Both the position numbers and the translations under genes were made by a program. From an uncultured Gemmatimonadales bacterium (GTDB lineage: Bacteria; Gemmatimonadota; Gemmatimonadetes; Gemmatimonadales; GWC2-71-9), in NCBI GenBank assembly GCA_963844035.1, contig CAWJMT010000001.1:1-64000 (forward strand): a DNA stretch of 64,000 nt, given 5' to 3'. Positions 1 through 11,444 of this stretch are shown one piece after another. Position 1 is the first letter of the stretch, and every line of letters begins with the position of its first letter. The notes beneath the pieces were generated by a model. That model was not told the origin of the DNA, made no database searches, and saw only the letters and a program-made list of their open reading frames with translations.

Positions 1-338
1 ATACTACCGGCGCAAATTGATACCGCTTATACTGGTGGTGTCAGTGTTGACATTATGCAGAATGCAATGCCGATTGCGACCAGTCCTCCCCTAATCATCT
101 TGTCTCTCCGCTCTTTTCGGTCTTTGATGGGGAATACCCCGGGTTGTTCCCGGGACTTCACACTCATATACTACATCTGAATATGTAATAAATTACTAAA
201 ATGGACCGGGTTAGAGAAGTATCCGTTCAGGTTGCCATGTTGAACCTGGAGGATATATGAATGCCCGGCGTATGGAGAGATCGATAAAACTCATTAATCT
301 GGTTAAAAAGAATAAAAGGGACTGATTCCTCCCCAAAA

Positions 339-1925
339 TTACTGTGGAGCTGGTGATGGGGAAGCCGTTTCTCCATTTCTGCGATCTGCATAGACCTGTA
401 AGATGATGATTACCACTGCGGATAGCGGAAGTGCAATAACAAGTGGGTCTACGGCTGACCATGGGAGTCCTGCGAGGCTTACCTGGCCGGTAAGTGCCTT
501 GCACAGGCCATATACCGAGGCATACCGGGTATTAATGAAAAGCGCCAGATAAACCGGACGATTGCACCGGTTACCAGGCTGGCTTTTGCAGCGGTTAAAT
601 CGGGTTTTTTGGAATATACTGCAACAGCGAATACCGGTAAGAATGCGGAAGCACATAAACCCATGAACATGGCGGTTGCGATGGCGATAATGCTGCCCGG
701 CATCAGGAATGCAATAATTACACTCGCAATGATCATGATAAGTACGCCGACCTGGTTTGCCCGCATCGAGAACGCACACTCGCGCCCCTTCCCCAGAGGT
801 CGCATATCAGTGCAGTGCCCATCGCATGGAACAGTGAACTCAGCGTGGACATCGCCGCAGCAAGGAGTGTTACCATGAACAGCACTACGAACCACTCGGG
901 CATTGCCAGGTTGATGAAGATCGGAATGATCGTATCCACGTTGCCGCCGGGTGCAACCTGGACCGCTATTTTGCCAAGAGTCTGGTAGAAATAGACATTC
1001 GTGAGTGCGCCGACCGTGAATGCGACCCCGGTCATCATCAGGATGAACGGTCCGCCAATCAGGACTGCCCGGTTCAGGGACCTGTTGTTCTTGGCGGTCA
1101 TAAACCGAACGACGAGCTGGGGCTGGGCAAGCACGCCGATTCCCACTCCAAGGACAAGGGTGGTGATCACGGTCAGCCATATCGGGGACGCAAAGACAGG
1201 CATCGAGGTCCAGCCGGTCATTCCGCTTTTGGCAAGGTTCTCCGGGACAAGGGGGGCCATCGCAGTAAGGCTGCTATTTGCAGCGTTGACGCCACCGAGG
1301 AGGAGGGAACGTCGCCACCAGAAGAATGGTCATCCCGACGAGCATGATGGCCCCTGGACCGCGTCGGTGTACATGACCGCAATCAGCCGCCAAAGATCAC
1401 GTACACCGCAACGATCAAGGCGAACCCGATAAGTGACATACTGTAGGAAGTTGCGATTGTTTCACGGATGAACTGTGCGCCGCCTATCAGCACGGCCGCG
1501 GTATACAACGGCATGCCGACGACGATGACCAGACCTGAAATAACCTGCATGAACTGGGACTGGTAAATCTTGCCCATCAGGTCGGGAATGTGACCGCTTT
1601 CAGTCGTTGCCCGATTTCCCTCGTCTTTCTTCCCGAATATGACAGAAGGCGAGGAGGATCCCGACGCCGATATTCAGACAACGGTGAACCAGGCCACGTC
1701 CCATACCCAGAGGTTTGCCGCCTGTCCCCCGAATCCCACAATAGCGGAGGTGCTGATGAACGTCGCACCATAGGACAGGGCGATAATTATCGGATGGGCT
1801 TCTCTTCCGGCGACCAAGTAATCCTCGGAGGTTTTTGTCTTTTTATAGCCGAGCCAGCCGAGATAGAGCATGATCGCGACGTATATGGCCGTCACAATAA
1901 TCAGTGTCGGGCTATTCACTGCCAT
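339..1925 (-). CDS. Sodium:solute symporter family protein (archaeal-like; several frameshifts)
   Basis: Pieced from ORFs 1674-1925 (SEDYLVAGR, SYGATFISTSAIVGFGGQA), 1383-1577, 733-1260 (QPQLVVRFM, AAAMSTLSS) and 479-1180/339-779; these are SSF motifs. Confidence 0.85.
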
Positions 1926-1926
1926 A

Positions 1927-2040
1927 TCAGGTGTCGCCTCCTCTATTCCAGTTCAGCAGACCATACGCGAGGCACGCCAATGTAAAGCCGATGGCGAGGC
2001 CATATCCGAGCAATATCTGAGGGTCATCGATTCCAAACAT
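1927..2040 (-). CDS. Small single-TM symporter accessory protein (37 aa)
   Basis: Manual translation MFGIDDPQILLGYGLAIGFTLACLAYGLLNWNRGGDT*, directly upstream of the SSF gene; this arrangement is typical of methanogens. Confidence 0.75.
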   Translation of the reverse strand: MFGIDDPQILLGYGLAIGFTLACLAYGLLNWNRGGDT

Positions 2041-2319
2041 GAATTACACCTTCGGTAAACTTTGGTGAAACATTACAGGGGAACCGGCTCGTGCCTGTTC
2101 CCTACCTAAAGAAGAAGGAAAAATCTGCTGCGGAATGGTCCACTTTGCATTCCACAAGTTACAGACATGAGTTTACCTAATCATACAATCGGGGTCCTGC
2201 TATTTATACGTTTTTTTTCGTTAGGTAATGCGGTATCTTCCGGTTCTGTCGCAATAAACCCGGAGTCCTCCCTGGTGGTGTCAGACCTGATCCCGCATTC
2301 CTCCCGAAAACAGATATTA

Positions 2320-2722
2320 ATGTCCGACTAATGGTGAAGTAACGTGTCTTCTGTGTATGAGGGATTGCACGAGTCGCTCCCATCTGTACTCCTGCAGCGG
2401 CTCGGATGGAGTGAGCTGCGTGATGTGCAAGGGACCGACCTGCCGGGCTGTTTGTTCCGGGAGTGATGTGCTGGTCCTCGCACCAACGGCCGGGGGGAAA
2501 ACCGAAGCAGCACTAATCCCGGTCACAGACACTATGTTAAAAGAAGGGGCACGCGGGGTCGCATGCGTCTACATCTCCCCGTTAAAAGCGCTCATCAATG
2601 ACCAGGAAGGCAGGTTCCTTACGTTTGCTGTCCCTACCGGGCTTGAAGTCCAGAAATGGCACGGTGATGTACCGAAGGGGGACCGTGCATGGGCTGCAGG
2701 GGAACCCCCGCATTTCCTTATG
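2320..2722 (+). pseudogene. N-terminal fragment of Lhr-like DEAD/DEAH helicase, truncated at the junction
   Basis: APTAGGKTEAA (motif I), YISPLKALINDQ (Ia), WHGD; ends at GEPPHFLM just before the expected TPES motif. Confidence 0.8.
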
Positions 2723-2761
2723 GGTGCGATCCAGGCGCTCTCCCAGCTGAGCTACAGCCCC
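2721..2761 (-). tRNA. tRNA-Ala(CGC), 5' half only
   Basis: Minus strand reads GGGGCTGTAGCTCAGCTGGGAGAGCGCCTGGATCGCACCCA: acceptor 5' strand, D-arm and anticodon loop AT-CGC-AC. The T-arm and 3' end are absent. Confidence 0.85.
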
Positions 2762-2772
2762 GAGGGAGGCGG

Positions 2773-2801
2773 AACTTAGGTTCGGGCCGGGCTAGCAGCA
2801 A
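2773..2801 (-). promoter_or_regulatory. Sigma70-like promoter of tRNA-Ala
   Basis: TTGCTG-N17-TAAGTT ending 11 nt before the tRNA 5' end. Confidence 0.55.
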
Positions 2802-2856
2802 GGGTGAATGGGCGGGCGCCCTCTGGGCTGCCGGAGCAGGGGCCACTCTCACGTCG

Positions 2857-3789
2857 TCACTCGTCGAACGGCACGTCCACACTCATCCCGTCCTTGGCAA
2901 CCACCGTCTCCCGAAAAACCTCGCGCGCCTCTTTCACCAGCTCGTCCGCGCTCATCGAATACCGCGCCGACACGTGATTCAGCACCAGCCGCTTCGCCTG
3001 CGCCGCGAGCGCCACCTGCGCCGCCTCCTTGGCCGTCGAATGCCCCGTCTCCTTGGCCCGCTCCTTCTCTTCCTCCCCGAACGTCGCCTCGTGGATCAGC
3101 AGATCCGCGCCCCGCGCCGCATCGATCACCGCAGCGCAGGGCCGAGTGTCGCCGGTGATCACCACGCGCCGCCCGGAACGCTTCGGCCCCACGAAGTCGG
3201 CGGACGTGAACCGCCGCCCGTCGGGCAGCTCGATCGTCTCACCCTTGTGCAGCTTGCCCCACAGCGGACCCTCGGGCACGCCGGCCTCGCGCGCCTTGTC
3301 GGGATCGAACCGCCCCAGCCGCTCATGCTCGACCAGCGCATACCCGACCGAACCACCCCCATGCTCAGTCTGGAATACGTGAATGTCGTACCCTTCCCTC
3401 TTCCCTCTGCCCCCTTCCCCAACGATTTCACCAGCGCTGACCTCGATCACCTGGACCTCGAACGGCACCCGCTCGACGCCGAGCGAAATCGCCTGCGCGA
3501 GCACCTTCTTCGCCCCCTTGGGCCCGTAGAGAAACATCGGGTCGGTGCGCCCCTGCAGTCCCAGCGTGCGGATCAATCCGATGACGCCCAGGAAGTGATC
3601 GGCGTGGAAGTGCGTGAAGAAGATCTCGGACAGCGCGAAGCTCACCCCGTAGCGCATCATCTGCCGCTGCGTCCCCTCGCCGCACTCGAACAGCAGCGTC
3701 TCCCCTTCGCGCACGAGCGAGAGCGAAGACACGTTGCGCTCGACGGTGGGGCGAGCGGCGGAGGTGCCGAGAAAGGTGATGGAAAGCAT
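2857..3789 (-). CDS. rnz: Ribonuclease Z
   Basis: FLGTSAARPT, GEGTQRQ, THFHADHFLG, TGDTRP, LIHEATF, GHST and HVSARY motifs. Confidence 0.95.
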   Translation of the reverse strand: MLSITFLGTSAARPTVERNVSSLSLVREGETLLFECGEGTQRQMMRYGVSFALSEIFFTHFHADHFLGVIGLIRTLGLQGRTDPMFLYGPKGAKKVLAQAISLGVERVPFEVQVIEVSAGEIVGEGGRGKREGYDIHVFQTEHGGGSVGYALVEHERLGRFDPDKAREAGVPEGPLWGKLHKGETIELPDGRRFTSADFVGPKRSGRRVVITGDTRPCAAVIDAARGADLLIHEATFGEEEKERAKETGHSTAKEAAQVALAAQAKRLVLNHVSARYSMSADELVKEAREVFRETVVAKDGMSVDVPFDE

Positions 3790-3803
3790 GGGGGCGAATA
3801 TAG

Positions 3804-3876
3804 GGCGGGAGGCCGGGAAGGCGGGAAGGCGGGAGCCACGCACCCACCCGCCTTCCCGCCCTCCCGCCTTCCCGCC
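3804..3876. repeat. Inverted octamer tandem-repeat hairpin (GGCGGGAA)n ... (TTCCCGCC)n
   Basis: ggcgggaggccgggaaggcgggaaggcggga, spacer, ccgccttcccgccctcccgccttcccgcc; lies between mlaD and rnz. Confidence 0.8.
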
Positions 3877-4768
3877 TTAGAAGACCTTCACCGTCAGATA
3901 TCTCCCGGGCCGCTCCTTGAGATCGTTCATGAGGGCGGTTAGGGAAGCGAGCGTCGCGCTGAGATTCTTGTACAGCACCGTATCGGTCGCCATCAAGCCG
4001 AGTGTACCCTTCGCCGCGGCTCATCTTGCCCAAGACGGTGTCGAGCGAGGCCGTCGCCTTGGAGAGGCTCGCGGTGAGGTGGTTGAGATTGGTCGTCAGG
4101 CTGTCGAGCCGCTTGCCGGTTTTCTCCGGACCCGCCGAGCCGAGTGTCGTGTCGAGCCGCGCCAGCACGCGCTCTGCCGCCTGGAGCGTCGCCGTCGCCT
4201 GGTCCACCGCCGGACCCTTCGCCACCTGCGCGAGCGCGTTCATGCCGCGCTGGGTCGCGAGCAGCGTGTTGTGGAGGTCGGTCGAGAGCTGCGACACGTT
4301 CAATCCGCTGTTCAAATTCTCGAGCAGCGCGTTCGCGTTGCTCGCGGCCTTGGCGGCGGCGTCCGCCATCCCCGCCTCCACGAGCCCCGGGATCGGCTGG
4401 CCCGCCGCGAGCAGCTCGTCCTTGATCCCGGGGTTGTAGTCCACGAACTTCGCGCCGAGGAAGTCCGCGGAGGCCACGGTCGCGGTCGCGTCGGCGTGCG
4501 GCCGTACCTCGGGGTCGAGCACCAGCGTCACCAGCACCTTGCCCTTGCGCTCGAGGCGCACCTTGAGCACCCGGCCCTTCTTCACCCCCGACACTCGCAC
4601 CGGGTCGCCTTCCTTGAGACCACCCACGTCGGCGAACGCCACCTGCACCGCAAGGCCGTTCCGGTCCTCCGTCCGGCCGGTGAGCCAGAACATCGCGAAG
4701 ATGAACGCGATCAGGCCGCCGATCACCATGACCCCAACGCTCACTTCTTCTTTGAACCTGAAATCCAT
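3877..4768 (-). CDS. mlaD: MlaD/MCE family protein (frameshift ~4010)
   Basis: N-terminal TM; GLKEGDPVRVSGVKKGRV MCE domain; coiled-coil C-terminus; in operon with mlaEF. Confidence 0.85.
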
Positions 4769-4774
4769 GCGGTG

Positions 4775-5548
4775 CTAGGCCCCCCCTCCCTCGGACTCCG
4801 ACTGGATCACCGCCATCTCGAGATCGCGCTCCAGGAACTGCTGCACCGCGGGGTCCCGCGACGCGAGCACCTCCTCCGGCGTACCGACAGCGCGGATCTT
4901 CGCCTGCCACAACAGCGCCACGCGGTCCGCCACGCGGAACGAGCCGCGCACGTCGTGCGATACGACCACACTCGTCACGCCCAACTCCTCCTGGAGCCGC
5001 TCGATCAGCGCGTCGATCACGTCAGCGTTCATCGGATCGAGGCCGGACGTCGGCTCGTCGTATAGCAGGTACTTCGGCTTGCCGGCGATCGCCCGCGCGA
5101 TCCCCACGCGCTTGCGCATCCCGCCCGACAGCTCAGCCGGATACTTCTGCCCCACTTCGGGTGGCAGGTTGACGAGCCGCAGGCACTCGATCACACGGCT
5201 GGCGCAGTATTGGTCGTCCTCCGAGTGCGCCGGGTCGGTGATGCCGAGCCGGATATTCTCGGTCACGTCCATCGAGTCGAACAACGCGCCGTTCTGGAAC
5301 ACGTAGCCGATCTTGCGGCGCAGCTCGGCCAGCTGGCGGCGCCTCAGGGCCGCGACGTGCAGACCGTCCACCGCGACTTCGCCCGAGTCCGGCTTGATCA
5401 GGCCGATGATGTGCTTCAGCAGCACGCTCTTGCCGACGCCCGACGGTCCCAGCAGCGCCACCGTCTGACCGTCGGCGACCGTCAGGTCCACCCCGTCCAG
5501 CACGACGTTGGCGCCGAACCGCTTCGAGACCTTCTTGAGCTCGATCAT
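4775..5548 (-). CDS. mlaF: ABC ATPase, MlaF/Mkl type
   Basis: GPSGVGKS, FQNGALFDSM, LSGGMRKRVGIARA, YDEPTSGLDP. Confidence 0.92.
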   Translation of the reverse strand: MIELKKVSKRFGANVVLDGVDLTVADGQTVALLGPSGVGKSVLLKHIIGLIKPDSGEVAVDGLHVAALRRRQLAELRRKIGYVFQNGALFDSMDVTENIRLGITDPAHSEDDQYCASRVIECLRLVNLPPEVGQKYPAELSGGMRKRVGIARAIAGKPKYLLYDEPTSGLDPMNADVIDALIERLQEELGVTSVVVSHDVRGSFRVADRVALLWQAKIRAVGTPEEVLASRDPAVQQFLERDLEMAVIQSESEGGGA

Positions 5549-6346
5549 CAGTTGTGGAGCAGCAGCTTGGCGAGCACCGTATCGAGCAGCAGGATCGTCA
5601 CCGAAGCGGAGACCACGGCGACGGTCGTGGCCCGGCCCACTCCCTCGGCCCCCTGCTGCGTGTTGTAACCGATGTAGCAGGGAATCATCGTCACCGCGGC
5701 CGCGAAGAACGTCGCCTTGATCATCGAGTACCACAGATCGAACGGCCGGAAGTAGTAGCGGGCGCCGAAGATGAAGTCGGCGTTGGTGATCCCGATCGAC
5801 GACTTGGCCGCGATCCAGCCGGTGACGAACCCCGTGACATCGGCGAACATCGTCAGCGCGGGGATCACCAGCATCCCGGCGAGCACCCGCGGCAGAATCA
5901 GATGGCTCACCGGCGAGCGCCCCAGGCTCTCCAGCGCGTCGATCTGCTCGGTGACGCGCATCGTGCCCAGCTCGGCGGCGTAGCGCGCGCCCACCCGTCC
6001 CGCCAGAATCAGCCCCGTCAGCACCGGGCCCGAGCTCCAGGATCACCGACTCGGCGATCACCGTGCCGTAGATGTAGAGCGGCACGCTGCCGGTGAACTG
6101 GTAGCCCGCCTGGAGGCTCGTCACCGCGCCGGTGAACCCGGCCACGAGCAGCACGATGAACAGGCTGCCGTAGCCGATCGACATCGCCTGCTCGAGGGTG
6201 CGGGGGAGGTAGATGCGCCACTCCGTCAGCCCGCGCACCATGTCGGCAGCGAGGAAGGTGAACCGCCCGGCGTGGGTGGCGGCCTTGATACTCCACCGCC
6301 CCACCAAGCGCCGCACATCCAGCGTCAGCTCAGCCCCCCGCGCCAT
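5548..6346 (-). CDS. mlaE: MlaE family ABC permease (frameshift ~6030)
   Basis: ELGP, AELGTMRVTEQIDALESLG, GAEGVGRATT. Confidence 0.9.
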
Positions 6347-6366
6347 GGCGTGTATCTTGGGTAGGC

Positions 6367-7105
6367 ATGCCTCGTAAGTCCATAGCTCCACGCACCCTGG
6401 CCACGCTCGCCGCGCCGTTCCGGCGCAAACTGCTCGCCTGGTACGCCCGCTCCGCCCGGGATCTGCCGTGGCGCCGCACACGGGACCCGTACCAGGTGCT
6501 CGTTTCCGAGGTGATGCTGCAGCAGACGCAGGTGAGCCGCGTAGCGGAATACTATCCGCGATTCCTGGAGCGATTCCCGGATCTCGGCACCCTCGCCGCC
6601 GCGCGCCCGCGCGCGGTGCGAGAGGCGTGGGATGGGTTGGGATACTATGCCCGGGCGAGGAATCTGCATGAGTGGCGAGACTGCGCGGAAATGACGTTAC
6701 CGAAGCGAGCAGCGTACCGGATACAGCGTTGGCAAGTTGCCGAGGACTCCCGAGGAGCTGATCGAGCTGCCGGGCGTCGGACGCTACACAGCCGGCGCAG
6801 TCGCTCGCTTGCCTACGAGAAGCCCGTGCCTGCCGTGGATACCAATGTGCGTGATCGGGTGATTCGGCGAACGCCTCTTCCCCAACGTCGGGCAACGCGG
6901 CAACGGGCAACGTGACATCCGCACGCTCATTTGGAGCATCGCCGCCACCCTCGTCCCCAAAGACGGCAAGCGAGCCTGGCGCTTCAATCAGGCGATCATG
7001 GAGCTGGGAGCGTTGGTCTGCACGGCCCGGAAGCCGAAGTGTGGGGAATGTCCGGTGAGATCCGGGTGCAAGACGGGGAGACGGTTCAAAGGGGACGGCA
7101 AGTGA
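6367..7105 (+). CDS. mutY: A/G-specific adenine glycosylase, short form (frameshifted)
   Basis: RDLPWR, VSEVMLQQTQV, WDGLGYYARARNLH, HhH LPGVGRYTA, VDTNV, C-terminal 4Fe-4S CTARKPKCGECPVRSGC. Confidence 0.9.
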
Positions 7106-7137
7106 CAGCGTGAAGCGCGTACCCCTGTCCCTTTCGT

Positions 7138-7593
7138 TCATCTCCCAGCGTCCCCGCGAACAACGCGATCAAGCCCCAGACATCCCCCCGATCGTCGCGA
7201 CGATGGCCTGGCGTTTCCGGAGGGCGATAGAAGACCGGCGGCAGCTCGCCGCGGGCGTCGACCTCGAGCCGCGCCAGCCGCGCCGCCGTCGGCACGCTGA
7301 TCGCGACCGTCGTCAGGGCTCCCAGCAGACCCGCCCCCATCATCGCGTTCAGCCATCCCGGCATCGTCCCTGATTTCATGTAGCGCCATGCTCAGCATGA
7401 TCCCCGACAGGACCACGCCCAGTGCGCCCGGTCCGACCAGCATCCGCTGCACCGCGCCGATGAGCTTGTAGGCCTTGAGCCGCTCCGCTGGTGCGAAACC
7501 TTTGGCCGTCACGCCTGAGACCATCGTGGCGATTCCGCCGCCCAGCCACAGCGTGAAGCCGAGGATATGAACCAGCATCCAAAAGCCGTGCAT
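7138..7593 (-). CDS. 4-TM membrane protein (DUF2269/CopD-like; frameshifted)
   Basis: MHGFWMLVHILGFTLWLGGG and further hydrophobic helices. Confidence 0.55.
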   Translation of the reverse strand: MHGFWMLVHILGFTLWLGGGIATMVSGVTAKGFAPAERLKAYKLIGAVQRMLVGPGALGVVLSGIMLSMALHEIRDDAGMAERDDGGGSAGSPDDGRDQRADGGAAGAARGRRPRRAAAGLLSPSGNARPSSRRSGGCLGLDRVVRGDAGR

Positions 7594-7609
7594 CAAAAAC
7601 CTCCAGGAC

Positions 7610-8020
7610 TCAGGTGACGAGCTCCGGGACCGCTTGCCTGCCGGCGTAAACCCGGCCTCCAGATCGTGCCAATGATCGATCCGCTCTTCGCCGACCCGCC
7701 AGCACCAGAAGACGTCGCGTCCATCGAGCTTACCGTAGAAGTCCACCAGCCCCTGCTCGAACCCCTTGAACACGCAGCCGATCTGCTCGAGCTCTTCGAG
7801 GTACCGATTGATGTCGCCCGCCACGCCCACGATCTCGGCGTGCAACGCGAGCTGCTCGGCCGACTCGCCCCAATCGGGCCGCGCCTGGGCCGCGACGTAC
7901 TCGTAGCGGTAGACGAGATCGCGCCACCGGGGATACAGCGGCCGTGATGTCCGACACGATCCGCTTGACGAGCGGTAGCGTGCGGTTCGCTTCGGAGAGA
8001 GTGAAATACTTGCGGGGCAT
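7610..8020 (-). CDS. DUF2203 family protein (frameshifted)
   Basis: FTLSEANRTLPLV ... GLVDFY..DGRDVFWCWRVGEERIDHWH signature. Confidence 0.8.
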
Positions 8021-8137
8021 GCGGAAAGGTACTGAACTGCGGGGAAATGCAAAGACTAGACGTACAGACGGCTAGCGGTCCACAGTTGCCAGTTTGAGGA
8101 CGACCCTCTCGCCTGAGGCCTGTTCACCGCTGGCCGT

Positions 8138-9004
8138 CTACCCGTCTAGCTTTTGCATTGCCTGCTTTGTCGTGCTGTACCCTGCTTCGAAATGTCTGTC
8201 CGCTTGTCCCACCGCGAACGTCGCTTCACGCTCAGCGACCGCCCTCACCACTACGAGCCTCGGTGCGTCGCTCGGCCATGCCGCGATCGCCCGCTCCGTC
8301 TGCGCCGCCATCATGATCCGCTCCGCCTCGCCATGCGCGCGCACCAGCGGTGGCGCGGGTGACCGCACGCCCGGTGGCGTCGTCTCGTCGAACCCGGGCC
8401 CCACGTGCACCGCCACCACGGCGTCCACCGGAAGTCCCGCTACCGCTTGAATGGGCAACACCGCGCGAACGCCTCCATCGGCAAGCCGCCGGCCTTCGAT
8501 CACAGCGGGCGGAAAGTAGAGCGGCAGGGCGCATGACGCGTACAGCGCATCCTGCAGGGGCACGACACCTCGTGCGGCGACCACAGGTCCCCCCTCTCCA
8601 CGTAGGGAGCAGGGGGTGAGGTCCAAACAGCACCAATTCCCCCGAATCGAGGTCTGTGGCGGTAACGGTGAGTGGGATCTTCAGGTCCTCGAACCGCGTC
8701 GCGGGTACGAGCCGCGCGATCGTCTGCTTGAGGCCGCGTCGGTTCGAACAGGCTGGACGCGAACACGCCCTTGAGAAGGGTCGTGAGGCGGATCGCGGCG
8801 AAGTCCTTCACGGTGAGCGACCGCGCGGTGCGCATCAGGTCGTCCACGCTCGATCCCGCCGGCGAGCGCGGCGCCGATCACGGCGCCAAACGACGTGCCA
8901 GCGATGTGGGTGACTTGTGCGCCGCGTTCCTGAAGCGCCTTCCAGGCACCCACATGCGCCAGCGCTTTCGCCCCGCCACCACCCAGGACGAGTGCGGTCT
9001 TCAC
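8138..9004 (-). CDS. Patatin-like phospholipase (frameshifted)
   Basis: LVLGGGGAKALAHVG, GTSFG, ASCALP and DGG motifs. Confidence 0.9.
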
Positions 9005-9048
9005 GGACGCTCTACTTCACTTCCGCATTCCGCAATCAGCACTCCGCT

Positions 9049-9534
9049 TTACTCTCCCAGCCCTGAGTCGTACCGGCGATCCATGACGCGCGTGGCGCGC
9101 CGCTTGGCCGCCCGGTCGTAGCGCCGCTTCTCATCCGGCGTCTCGGGCTCGACCGGCGGCACCTGCGTCGGGTGGCCCTTGTCGTCCAGCGCCACGTAGG
9201 TGAGGTAGCACGAGTTGGTGTGGCGCCGCTCGCCGGTGAGCACGTTCTCGGCGATCACCTTGACCCCGACCTCCATCGAGGAGTGGCCCGTGAAGTTCAC
9301 GCGGGCCATCGCCGTCACCAGCTCGCCGATGCGGATCGGCTCGCGGAAGTTCACCTTGTCCACCGACACGGTGACGCACGGCCGGCGCGCGTGGCGGATG
9401 GCGGCCACCGCCGCCGCGCGGTCTACGAGCGACAAGATCACGCCACCGAACACGTTGCCCATGATGTTCGCGTGTTGCGGCATCATCAGCTCCGACATGA
9501 TCGCTTCCGATTCGCGCGGATGGCGCCCCTGCAT
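9049..9534 (-). CDS. Acyl-CoA thioesterase (hotdog fold)
   Basis: PQHANIMGNVFGG, SSMEVGVKV, YLTYVALD. Confidence 0.92.
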   Translation of the reverse strand: MQGRHPRESEAIMSELMMPQHANIMGNVFGGVILSLVDRAAAVAAIRHARRPCVTVSVDKVNFREPIRIGELVTAMARVNFTGHSSMEVGVKVIAENVLTGERRHTNSCYLTYVALDDKGHPTQVPPVEPETPDEKRRYDRAAKRRATRVMDRRYDSGLGE

Positions 9535-9564
9535 CAGTTAGTCCGGTCGAGAGGTGTGAGGAAC

Positions 9565-11360
9565 CTAATAGTCCACCGGTCGCAGGTAGAACTCGCCGAT
9601 CGCCGTCTGCGACATCACGGCGACGGTCGGGAGCCTCCGCTTCCAGTGCGTGGACTCGAGCCGGCCCCGCACCAGGTCGACCTCGGCGCGGGTGAATCCC
9701 CGCGCGACGACGTCCTCCGGGCCGAAGCCGCGGATCAGATAGTAGAGTATCCGGTCGGCCTTCGCGTAGGAAATGCCGAAGTCGCCCTCGTCGGTCTGGC
9801 CCTGGATCAGGTCGGCGGTGGCGGGCTTGGTGACGATCACCTCCGGCACGCCCACGTGCCGGGCCAGCGCCCAGACCTGCGTCTTGAACAGGTCGCCCAG
9901 CGGGTTCACGGGCGGCGTGTCGTCGGCGTGCCAGGTGAAGTAGCCGAGCAGCCGCTCGGACTTGTTGCCCGTGCCGAGCGGCAAGCGCGCGGTGCTTGGC
10001 GGAGAGATCGAACAGCGTGATCATCCGCTCGCGCGCCATCACGTTGCCTTTGCGGGCCGCATCCGCGTCGCCGACCGCTTTCAGGTACGCATCCACCGTT
10101 TCGCTGATGTCGACCGTGAGCGACTGGATGCCGAGCTTGTCGATGACGAGCTGCGCGTGCTCCAGGCTCTCGGGGCTCGACGTGCGGTAGGGGATCCGCA
10201 CCCCGATCACGTTTGCGGCGTCCCAGCGCTTCGGCGGCCAGGAACGCCGTGAGCGACGAGTCCACGCCGCCCGACAGCCCGACGATCCCCTTGGTGAAGC
10301 CGCGGCGCCCGACGACTTCGTCCTTGAGGAAACTCACCAGCCAGCGGCGTGCCAGCTCGGGATCGAGCGCGAGGGGGTCGCTTTCGGGCACGCGGGACGC
10401 GGGACGGGACACGCGTGGCTTCGCGCCATCCCGCGCCGCATCGAACTTCACCTTGCTTGTCTTACGCTTCCCTCTTCCCTCTTCCCTCTTCCCCAGTTCT
10501 TGATCAGATCCGGCAACGTCGCGCGCAGATCCGCGAGCAGCGGCGCTTCCGCGCGCGCATCGGTGATCTCGTCGAGATTCAAGTCCGCCGTGACGATCGC
10601 CTCCTCGAACAGCGGGCCCCGCACCTCGATGTTTCCCGCCGGTCCCACCACGACCGAGCCGCCCGGGAACCCCTTGCCCGCCCTCGAAGCCGACCAGGCT
10701 CGCGTACACCACGTAGACGCCGTGCTCCTCGGCGATGCCGCGCACGATCCGCTCCCAGCGCGCGACGCTGTCCGGTAGCCCGACGGCTTCCCGTTCCGAC
10801 CCGGCCCCGCGCGCCGGGGACGCGCTCGGCACGATGATCACCTGCGCGCCATCCAGCGCCGCGAGCGTGGCGGTCAGCGAGTGCCAGGCGTCCTCGCAGA
10901 TCAGCAGCGCCGCGCGGCCCCAGCGCGTGTCGAACGCCTGCACATCGTGACCGCGCTCGACGAAACGCTGCTCGTCGAACACGCCATAGGTCGGAAGGAA
11001 CACCTTGCGGTGCACGTGCTTGATGCCGGCTTCGTTGCCGCCGAGGGTGGCGTACAAGGAGGAGTTGTAGAGGTTGGTTCTGAAACACCTCGTAGAATCC
11101 GACCGCCACGTCGATCGGGCGGGCGTCGTCCGATCCCCGGGCGACGCTCGAGGTCGCGGAACAGCGTCCCCGCCGTCACGGCGACCTCGCGCACGCCACC
11201 CTCGACGAAATAGCCTGACGTGGCGGCCTCGGGAAATACGACCAGATCGATCGGGTGGCTCGAGCTTCGCGACCTGCTCCAGCACCGCACCGATCCGCTG
11301 CAGGTTGGCGGCGTATTCACCCTTGGTGGGGCGGACTTGGGCGATGGCGAGGCGGAGCAT
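9565..11360 (-). CDS. nadE: Glutamine-dependent NAD+ synthetase (nitrilase domain fused to NAD synthase domain; frameshifted)
   Basis: Nitrilase FPE / RKVFLPTYGVFDE / ICED, then GLSGGVDSS, GNVMARERM, GTGNKSE, PLGDLFKTQV. Confidence 0.9.
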
Positions 11361-11444
11361 GGGGGGAAGATAGGCGGTTAGGCGGTTAGCCGGTTAGCAC
11401 ATCGGTGGCCCTACCCGCCTGGCCGCCCGTCCGAGTTTGACGCC

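Noticed and set aside
1..167. Short minus-strand ORF (MSVKSREQPG...) with a hydrophobic stretch
   Set aside because: At the window edge, interrupted by a stop, and no family is recognisable.
2721..2761. att site of an integrated element
   Set aside because: No integrase, no duplicated tRNA 3' end, and the adjacent gene is truncated mid-domain.
2689..5065. Long antisense ORFs (2689-3942, 3917-5065 and many similar)
   Set aside because: Shadow ORFs of high-GC genes on the opposite strand with no recognisable motifs.
4775..7141. 788-aa ORF as an MlaE-MlaF fusion
   Set aside because: A frameshift at ~6030 explains the read-through; MlaE has its own stop at 5548.
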